Positions 57,742 to 64,000 of a stretch of 64,000 nt of DNA are shown here, piece after piece. The position numbers and the translations under genes were made by a program. Positions within the stretch are counted from its first letter, which is position 1, and each line of letters opens with the position of its first letter. Origin of the DNA: a virus. Lineage: Duplodnaviria > Caudoviricetes. The stretch lies in the IMG/VR virus record IMGVR_UViG_3300033073_001332, positions 128,001-192,000 of that record; one strand, given 5' to 3'. Below the pieces are notes generated by a model. The model saw nothing but the letters and a program-made list of their open reading frames with translations. It was not told the DNA's origin and ran no database searches.

Positions 57742-60072
57742 ATGAATAAAGACCTTGATTTTTCAAAGTTTAATAACCCTTCTATTCAAGTAGTTTGGGA
57801 AGACTTACCTGAAAACTTTACACAAGACAAAATAAAGTCGGTTAAACATTACTTTTCCAAAAAGTACAATACGACCAATGTAAACGTTTTAACGAAGGCA
57901 AAAGTCACCAACACAGAAGAGAACCAAAGTATCGATGTGTCGATGAATATCACCGATACAAACTACCAGTTGGGGTTAATTAAACAATATTTGGAAACAA
58001 AAGGTTATAATGACCACTTGGAGTCAGTCTTATCTATTAACCGTATGGTTGAAAATAAGATTGCAGAAAAACAAGAAGAAACAGCTCAGTTCAAAAAGTG
58101 GTACATTAAAAACATCGAGTTCTCAAATTTCCTTTCTTATGGTGAAAACCAAAGATTGGATTTTGAGAAACTTAATGGTATTGTGGTTGTAGAATCAGAC
58201 CCACCAAACTTTGGAGGTAAAACCGTATTATCAGTTGACTTATTAATGTTCTTGTTCTTTAACGAAACAACAAAGACAACAAAAGCTGAAGAGATATTCA
58301 ATCGTTTTAGCGATAAGAATAAAGTTCATGTCAAAGGTGAAGTGCAAATCGATGGTGAAGATTATATCATAGTAAGAACTATCGAAAGAAAGTTATCTAA
58401 AAAAGGTGAGTGGAATGTAAAAACTGAATTGGACTTCTTCAAAAAGTTGTCTGATGGTAGTCTACAAAACTTTACTGGTGAACAAAGAAGAGAAACAGAA
58501 GCGTTCATCAAGTCATCAATCGGAACAAAAGAAGACTTCTTAATGACCATTCTTACAACGGCATCAAACCTTGAAGAGTTGTTGGAAGCAAAACCAACTG
58601 CTAGAGGTCAGGTTCTTTCAAGATTTATGGGATTGGAGTTTTTGAAAACAAAAGAGGAGATTGCAAAAGAAATCTATTCTGAATTTTCAAAATCCAAGAT
58701 GTCAAACATCTACTCTTCACAACAATTAAAAGATGATATTGAAACTCACGAAAATTCAATCAAAACTAATTTAGAACAGATTGAAGAAAGTAAGAAGGAG
58801 TTATTGAATGTAGAAGAATCAATTCAAAAAGGTAAAACTTATCGTGATGATATGTTAAAGAAAAAACATACAAACATTGACCACGAGATTAGTTTATTAA
58901 ATCCAACAAAGACACAAGAAGAAATCAACACAATTGATTTTGAAAAGAAAGGTTTGATTTCTAAAATCAACGAATTAAAAGTTGTTGAGCCAAGTGAATT
59001 TTATAATGAAGAAACTCATGATAAAATTAAAGAAGAAATCAATGAACTTTACAAAGAGATAGTTAAGATTGATACTGAAATATCATCAATCAACAAATTG
59101 AAGTCATCTGTTGAAGGTGGAATCAAATGTGAACATTGTGGTATTGAGTTAATGAACGCAGCAATTACGAATGCTAAGATTGCTGAACTTGATGGATATA
59201 TCCGTCACAAACAGACAAATGAAGCAGCAATGACGGTTTTATCCCGCACAGAAGAAGGTTTTGTTCAGTTGAAAAAAGAGTTTGATGAGTATGAAAAAAA
59301 CAAACTAATCAAAGAAAAGTATGAAGTTAGTATTGAAAGTTGTGATTTGAAAATTACTTCTTTGAAAGATAAAATCAAAAGGTGGGAGGAAATCCAAGAC
59401 AAAATCAAAGAAAACCAAAGTATTGATTCAATGTTAATCAAAGCTGATTTGAGATTGGATGAACTTGATAATCAAAAAAATAGAATCAATACCCTTATTT
59501 CTAATAATGAGTTTACCATTAAGTCTTTAGAGGAAAAGATTGAAAACAACAAAAAAACTATCATCAAAATCCAAGAAGAGGAAGAGAAAGAAAAAATTTA
59601 TAAGATATACTTAGAACTTTTCGGTAAGAACGGTATTTCTAAAATCATAATGAAAACTATGATGCCTCTTATCAATTCAGAACTCCAACGATTGATGGAA
59701 GATAGTTCATACTTTAAATTGGAAATAAGAATTTCGGACAAAAACGAAGTTGAGTTTGTCATGATTGATAATGGAACTGGTGTTGAAAAACTGATGGTTT
59801 CTGGTTCGGGTTATGAGCGTAGTATTGCGGCACTTGCATTACGTTCAGTATTAAGTAAGATATGTAGTTTACCAAAACCAAACGTGATTGTATTCGATGA
59901 GATATTTGGCAAAATTAGTAATGACAACTTGGAAATGGTTTCCGAATTCTTTATCAAAATCAAAGAATATTTTGACAAGATTTTCGTTATAACTCACTCA
60001 CCACTTGTTTCTCAATGGGCTGATTGTGTTGTGAAAATAAAAAAAGAAAATAATGTGTCAAAAGTTTTGTAA
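57742..60072 (+). CDS. sbcC: Rad50/SbcC (T4 gp46-like) ATPase with N-terminal extension
   Basis: NFLSYG, Walker A NFGGKT, coiled coil, zinc hook CEHC, SGYE signature, VIVFDE, VITH; likely ATG at 57742. Confidence 0.88.
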   Translation: MNKDLDFSKFNNPSIQVVWEDLPENFTQDKIKSVKHYFSKKYNTTNVNVLTKAKVTNTEENQSIDVSMNITDTNYQLGLIKQYLETKGYNDHLESVLSINRMVENKIAEKQEETAQFKKWYIKNIEFSNFLSYGENQRLDFEKLNGIVVVESDPPNFGGKTVLSVDLLMFLFFNETTKTTKAEEIFNRFSDKNKVHVKGEVQIDGEDYIIVRTIERKLSKKGEWNVKTELDFFKKLSDGSLQNFTGEQRRETEAFIKSSIGTKEDFLMTILTTASNLEELLEAKPTARGQVLSRFMGLEFLKTKEEIAKEIYSEFSKSKMSNIYSSQQLKDDIETHENSIKTNLEQIEESKKELLNVEESIQKGKTYRDDMLKKKHTNIDHEISLLNPTKTQEEINTIDFEKKGLISKINELKVVEPSEFYNEETHDKIKEEINELYKEIVKIDTEISSINKLKSSVEGGIKCEHCGIELMNAAITNAKIAELDGYIRHKQTNEAAMTVLSRTEEGFVQLKKEFDEYEKNKLIKEKYEVSIESCDLKITSLKDKIKRWEEIQDKIKENQSIDSMLIKADLRLDELDNQKNRINTLISNNEFTIKSLEEKIENNKKTIIKIQEEEEKEKIYKIYLELFGKNGISKIIMKTMMPLINSELQRLMEDSSYFKLEIRISDKNEVEFVMIDNGTGVEKLMVSGSGYERSIAALALRSVLSKICSLPKPNVIVFDEIFGKISNDNLEMVSEFFIKIKEYFDKIFVITHSPLVSQWADCVVKIKKENNVSKVL

Positions 60073-60111
60073 AAACAATTAATTTTTGTATATTAGCAGT
60101 AAATTGTTAAT

Positions 60112-60636
60112 ATGAACCTAAATTATTCAAAAAAGGGTGTAACATTTGCACCCTTTTCTACGTATACCATGTCAGATGGTACGATGGTTGCGGCATATCA
60201 AGGAAGTCGTGGAGACAACCCCGACCTTGATTTTATCGTCAAGTATAAAGAACAATCAAAACGCTTACGAACACCAAGTCACACTCACTGGATTACAGAC
60301 CTATTGGTTAAATGTGAATATAATAAAGAACTTGTTGGTACGTTTGTAAAAAAAGTATTATCTTTGTACGACAGAACAAATCCATTTAGTAGTGTTGAAG
60401 AAAGAAACAATTACAAACTAAAGTTCTACCAAGAAGAACTATCTGAGTTTGAATTGTTAAATAATCACGGATACTATAAAATGGACGTATTGGTTGCATT
60501 TATCGAACTATTTACCATCTGCGAAAAACAAACAAAAGATGCCTATATGTTCAAAACACTACTTGGTTTAGTGTTAGAATATTGTGAAGGAAAAAAGGAT
60601 TTTTACCAAATCGTGTCATATTCAAAACGTGTTTAA
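60112..60636 (+). CDS. Hypothetical protein
   Basis: 174 aa; preceded by TTGTAA-N16-TATATT (60067-60094). Confidence 0.7.
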   Translation: MNLNYSKKGVTFAPFSTYTMSDGTMVAAYQGSRGDNPDLDFIVKYKEQSKRLRTPSHTHWITDLLVKCEYNKELVGTFVKKVLSLYDRTNPFSSVEERNNYKLKFYQEELSEFELLNNHGYYKMDVLVAFIELFTICEKQTKDAYMFKTLLGLVLEYCEGKKDFYQIVSYSKRV

Positions 60637-60666
60637 AAGATATTTATGAGAAAGAAAAAAGAAAAA

Positions 60667-61248
60667 ATGGAGTCACTAGATAAGAGATATATGTTGTTTA
60701 TTTTTGGTGATTTCACAGAGATGGAAAATTTTATTGATGAGATTTCATACCAACTTATTACGGTAGTATCAAGTCAATTTTTGAAATTCAATTATGGTGA
60801 GTTTGGAATGGTTTTACATTTTAGAACCAAAGAGACATTTACTGAATTGAAGGACTATATTGACATGTGTTTAGATGGACAAGTGGAGCAATACTTTTTG
60901 ATGGAAGCAACAGAAAACGTGGACATTAAAATGGACCGAAAATTGAAGAAAGATTTTTTGAATATTGATGGAGTAAAAAAAGAAAACAAGAACAAAAAAG
61001 TAGATGTAGAAAAATTGAGTGAAGAAAAAGAGAAAAGAATAGGTAATATCATGGAATTTATTTTACCTTTGTCGGAAGAAAACTTTCAGTTTCCGATGAC
61101 GTTTAAAAGACCTGAGTCACCTAAACCAACAGTGGACCAAATTTTAGATAAAATATCAGAGAAAGGAATAGAGTCATTAACAAAAGAAGAGAAACAAATA
61201 TTAGACAATTATGGCAAGAGAGAAAATGGAGGAAACCAAATCAACTAA
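60667..61248 (+). CDS. Hypothetical protein with C-terminal DUF6576-like helical hairpin
   Basis: VDQILDKISEKGIESLTKEEKQIL; start placed at 60667 because TATTTAT overlaps ATG 60646. Confidence 0.6.
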   Translation: MESLDKRYMLFIFGDFTEMENFIDEISYQLITVVSSQFLKFNYGEFGMVLHFRTKETFTELKDYIDMCLDGQVEQYFLMEATENVDIKMDRKLKKDFLNIDGVKKENKNKKVDVEKLSEEKEKRIGNIMEFILPLSEENFQFPMTFKRPESPKPTVDQILDKISEKGIESLTKEEKQILDNYGKRENGGNQIN

Positions 61249-62026
61249 TCCCCTTAATCAGGATGAAATTCAAATTTACCTTAAAGACATTCGTAAACTA
61301 AAAGTGATGACTCCTGAAAGGGAGAAACTTTTGGCAGAACGAATCTCCTCAACGGATTGTACCGACAGAGAAAAAGAAGCAATTCAAAAAGAAATGCTTG
61401 AAGGTAATTTACGTTTTGTTATTACGGTGGCAAAACAATATCAAAATCAAGGAATTGATTTATCAGACTTAATTGCTGAAGGAAACTACGGTTTAATGAA
61501 AGCAATCAAAAACTTTGATTGGAGTAAAAACAATCGATTTATATCATATGCGGTATGGTGGATTAAACAATCTATTCTACAAACTCTTAACGACAATTCT
61601 CGTACAATTCGTCTCCCAGTTAATGTCGTACAAGAGATGCAAAAAGAAAAACGGGAGAATGAAAAAACAAACAAGGAATTATCTGGTAAATTCGCATCAC
61701 TACCTCGAATGATTGACCTTGATATGCACATCAACGAAGATGGTGACACTTTAATTGACATCATCAAAAATGAGAACGTTGATGCACCTGATGAAATATT
61801 TGACACCAAAGATGTGTTGAAACAAAAGATGTTGGAAATCATGTCAGTATTGGATGAACGTGAAAAAGTAATTATTGAAGATTACTACGGTATCACAGGT
61901 ACTCCTCGTACATTAGAAGACATTGGTTCTGATTTTTCTTTAACAAAAGAACGTGTTCGTCAGATTAAAGAAAAGGCACTTCGTAAACTTCGTAACGAAT
62001 GTTCAGATTTATTTGAATATTTATGA
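61226..62026 (+). CDS. rpoD: RNA polymerase sigma-70 factor, RpoD-like (Bacteroidota type, no region 1.1)
   Basis: YLKDI, NLRFVITVAKQYQ, DLIAEGNYGL, FISYAVWWIKQSI, TIRLP, TLEDIG..LTKERVRQIKEKALRKLR; alternative start at 61211. Confidence 0.9.
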   Translation: MEETKSTNPLNQDEIQIYLKDIRKLKVMTPEREKLLAERISSTDCTDREKEAIQKEMLEGNLRFVITVAKQYQNQGIDLSDLIAEGNYGLMKAIKNFDWSKNNRFISYAVWWIKQSILQTLNDNSRTIRLPVNVVQEMQKEKRENEKTNKELSGKFASLPRMIDLDMHINEDGDTLIDIIKNENVDAPDEIFDTKDVLKQKMLEIMSVLDEREKVIIEDYYGITGTPRTLEDIGSDFSLTKERVRQIKEKALRKLRNECSDLFEYL

Positions 62027-62033
62027 TAAAATA

Positions 62034-62065
62034 TTTGGCAGATGTCAGATTTCGTATTATCTTTG
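62034..62065 (+). promoter_or_regulatory. Bacteroidota sigma-A-type promoter with no downstream ORF
   Basis: TTTG at 62034, 20-nt spacer, TATCTTTG at 62058-62065. Confidence 0.7.
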
Positions 62066-62069
62066 TATA

Positions 62070-62210
62070 ACAAACGATGAGGGTTAAATAATCACTGATG
62101 ATATCTAAGTGATTGGTTAAGTAGAAGTGATTCAGGGCTGAAGAATCCTGAGTTGGTAGAAAGATGGAACACCATTAAGATACTAAGGTTCTACCCTACT
62201 TAATCAACCC
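62070..62210 (+). ncRNA. Candidate structured non-coding RNA (unassigned family)
   Basis: Six nested helices folded by hand; G-U pairs favour the + strand; has its own promoter. Confidence 0.6.
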
Positions 62211-62577
62211 AAATTGTTGGTTGAGGTCTACCCTCACTATCTTTTCTTATTACCGTTTTTGTCATCAGGGTAAAATTATACGGGTCCTCCTCAATTAGTT
62301 TTAAAGGTATAAATAGATTATCGTTTTTATATCTTACTATAAAAACATCATTATCTGTCAATTCACCCGTAACAATTTTAGTTGTTATTTCATCAATCGC
62401 CTTACCAATAAGTAAAGTAATATCTCCCTTTGAAACGTTTCTTTGTTTTTGTCTTTTTCCTGTGTGGTCATAATCATCTGACCTTAAATCGAAATTTATG
62501 AATATTTGAGACTTCATCTGAGTGATGCGTCTTTCAAGTAATAAATGTTTCCTAATAGATTCTCTTAATAATGACAT
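62200..62577 (-). CDS. Hypothetical protein, possible RelE/BECR-fold RNase-like domain
   Basis: Only credible minus-strand gene; TATTTATA on the minus strand at 62582-62589; HTGKRQKQRNVS..I and C-terminal KTVIRK. Confidence 0.6.
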   Translation of the reverse strand: MSLLRESIRKHLLLERRITQMKSQIFINFDLRSDDYDHTGKRQKQRNVSKGDITLLIGKAIDEITTKIVTGELTDNDVFIVRYKNDNLFIPLKLIEEDPYNFTLMTKTVIRKDSEGRPQPTIWVD

Positions 62578-62625
62578 ATTGTATAAATATTGATTAAAAC
62601 TATTTATTAGTTATAGTTTTATATT

Positions 62626-63810
62626 ATGAAAGATAAATTATTACCCTGGTTTCTATTATTTTGCGCACTCGGTCTGTCAGGAACCGCAGCCTACTATAGT
62701 GTTGTAGGTCTATCTGTTGTGTTTGTTGGAGTGGCATTACCGGTAATTGTCATGGGTTCCTTTTTAGAAATATCCAAACTTGCAATTGCGACATACTTAC
62801 ATGATAAGTGGAAAGAAACTTATGGGGTCTTAAAAATATATATGACAATTGCTTTGGTGACCTTGTCTTTAATAACCTCACTTGGTATCTATGGGTTATT
62901 GAGTACAGGGTTTTCTTCTAATATTGCAAAACTTGAAATCGGACAGAAGGAAGTAAAAAATATTGAAGTAAAAAAACAAAGGTTTGAAGAAATCAAAGGA
63001 GAATACCAAAAAGAAAAACAAACATTAGATAAAGACATCTCAAAGTTAAGAGATGCGTTATCAAGTAATACCACAACTCAAAGTGTTGATAGACAAACAG
63101 GTCAGTTAGTTACAAGAGCAAATAATGCAAACAGAAAGTCATTTGAAACTCAATTGACGATGGCAATTGAAAATCGTGATAAGATGTCTTTGAAAATAGA
63201 TGCGTTGAATGATAGTATCACAAACTTGGACATTGAAATATTAGATAAAGAATCTGCTGAAATTTCAGGTAATGAACTTGGAACCATTAAATACATAAGT
63301 GAACTTACTGGTTGGGGTGTTAAAAAAACGGCAAACATATTCATTCTTATTTTGATATTTGTTTTTGACCCTCTTGCAATCACTTTGGTAATTGCAACAA
63401 ACCAAGCATTCAAAGCGAATAAAAAAGAAGAGGAGACCCCCCAAGTTACCCCACAAGTCACCCCCCAAGTTACCCCCCAAGTCGAAGAAATAGTTGATAT
63501 ACCACAGGAAGATGAACCAAAAAATGAAGAAGTTGTTGTTCCTGAAAATTTATTGACTTTTGGAGAAAATTTTGAATGGGATTTAAACGGTATTACGGAA
63601 GAAGAAGAACCCATAGTTGAAGAGATAATTGAAGAAGAAGAACCTATAGTAGAAGAAATCGTTGAAGAAGAACCTATTGAAGAGATAATTGAAGAACAAC
63701 CAATTAAAGAGGAAGAACCCGTTATAGATGAAGAACCTAAACAATTAAGAAGATTATCTTATTCAAATCGAAGTGCAAATGGAAATAATGTACGAATTAA
63801 CAGATTTTAA
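62626..63810 (+). CDS. Multi-pass membrane protein with coiled coil and acidic repeat tail
   Basis: Three N-terminal TM segments, coiled coil, FILILIFVFDPLAITLVIA TM, (TPQV)3 and EEEEPIVEEI repeats; TATTTAT at 62601. Confidence 0.75.
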   Translation: MKDKLLPWFLLFCALGLSGTAAYYSVVGLSVVFVGVALPVIVMGSFLEISKLAIATYLHDKWKETYGVLKIYMTIALVTLSLITSLGIYGLLSTGFSSNIAKLEIGQKEVKNIEVKKQRFEEIKGEYQKEKQTLDKDISKLRDALSSNTTTQSVDRQTGQLVTRANNANRKSFETQLTMAIENRDKMSLKIDALNDSITNLDIEILDKESAEISGNELGTIKYISELTGWGVKKTANIFILILIFVFDPLAITLVIATNQAFKANKKEEETPQVTPQVTPQVTPQVEEIVDIPQEDEPKNEEVVVPENLLTFGENFEWDLNGITEEEEPIVEEIIEEEEPIVEEIVEEEPIEEIIEEQPIKEEEPVIDEEPKQLRRLSYSNRSANGNNVRINRF

Positions 63811-64000
63811 CCCTATTGGTGTTAGTCAAAAGAAAACACAAATAGTTCTTACCGACACAAAACGTGACGTTAAAAATTATATTCAGTCATTACGTTATAG
63901 ATACAATAAAAAAAACCCATATCTTCCACATTACGTCATATCCAAAAAAGGCGACATTTATAAGATAATGGAACCAAATATGTATTCAAATTATTTGGAA
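63779..64000 (+). CDS. Amidase_2-like (N-acetylmuramoyl-L-alanine amidase fold) protein, 3' partial
   Basis: Manual translation MEIMYELTDF..KKTQIVLTDT..PHYVISKKGDIYKI; open to the window end. Confidence 0.55.
   Translation, partial: MEIMYELTDFNPIGVSQKKTQIVLTDTKRDVKNYIQSLRYRYNKKNPYLPHYVISKKGDIYKIMEPNMYSNYLE

Noticed and set aside
62095-62180. Hammerhead ribozyme (CUGANGA...GAAA)
   Set aside because: The core words are present, but stem II closure and the A15.1-U16.1 pair cannot be formed, and both CUGANGA words sit in hairpins.
1111-63614. Short minus-strand and alternative-frame ORFs in the track
   Set aside because: They are shadows of long + strand genes and lack motifs or promoters; only 62200-62577 is credible.
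1-64000. Stop-codon reassignment (TAG to Gln) as in some Bacteroidota megaphages
   Set aside because: Multi-kb ORFs are intact under the standard code, and TAG ends genes at sensible places (12562, 13506, 15794).

Overview
AT-rich, gene-dense segment of a large (jumbo-type) tailed phage with a contractile-tail/baseplate gene set. All credible genes lie on the + strand except one, and the standard genetic code is used. The host is inferred to be Bacteroidota from TTTG-N19/20-TAnnTTTG promoters, A-rich leaders with no obvious Shine-Dalgarno, a Bacteroidota-type primary sigma factor and SprB-like repeats. Layout: baseplate hub/tube-initiator genes (1-12.6 kb); a replication/nucleotide block with gp32-like SSB, RecA, 5'-3' exonuclease, DnaB, NrdB and NrdA (13.6-22.1 kb); baseplate wedge, tail-fibre and adhesin-like genes rich in Pro-Thr, Gly-X-Y and Cys (22.2-52.2 kb), with one GT60-like glycosyltransferase embedded among them; then RuvC, primase, a PD-(D/E)XK nuclease, Mre11/Rad50, a sigma factor and membrane/amidase-like genes (52.2-64 kb). 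The two strongest novelty candidates are a phage-encoded mucin-type O-glycosylation system for virion proteins and a ~140-nt multi-junction ncRNA with its own promoter downstream of the sigma gene. Family calls come from motif recognition by eye; no searches were run.
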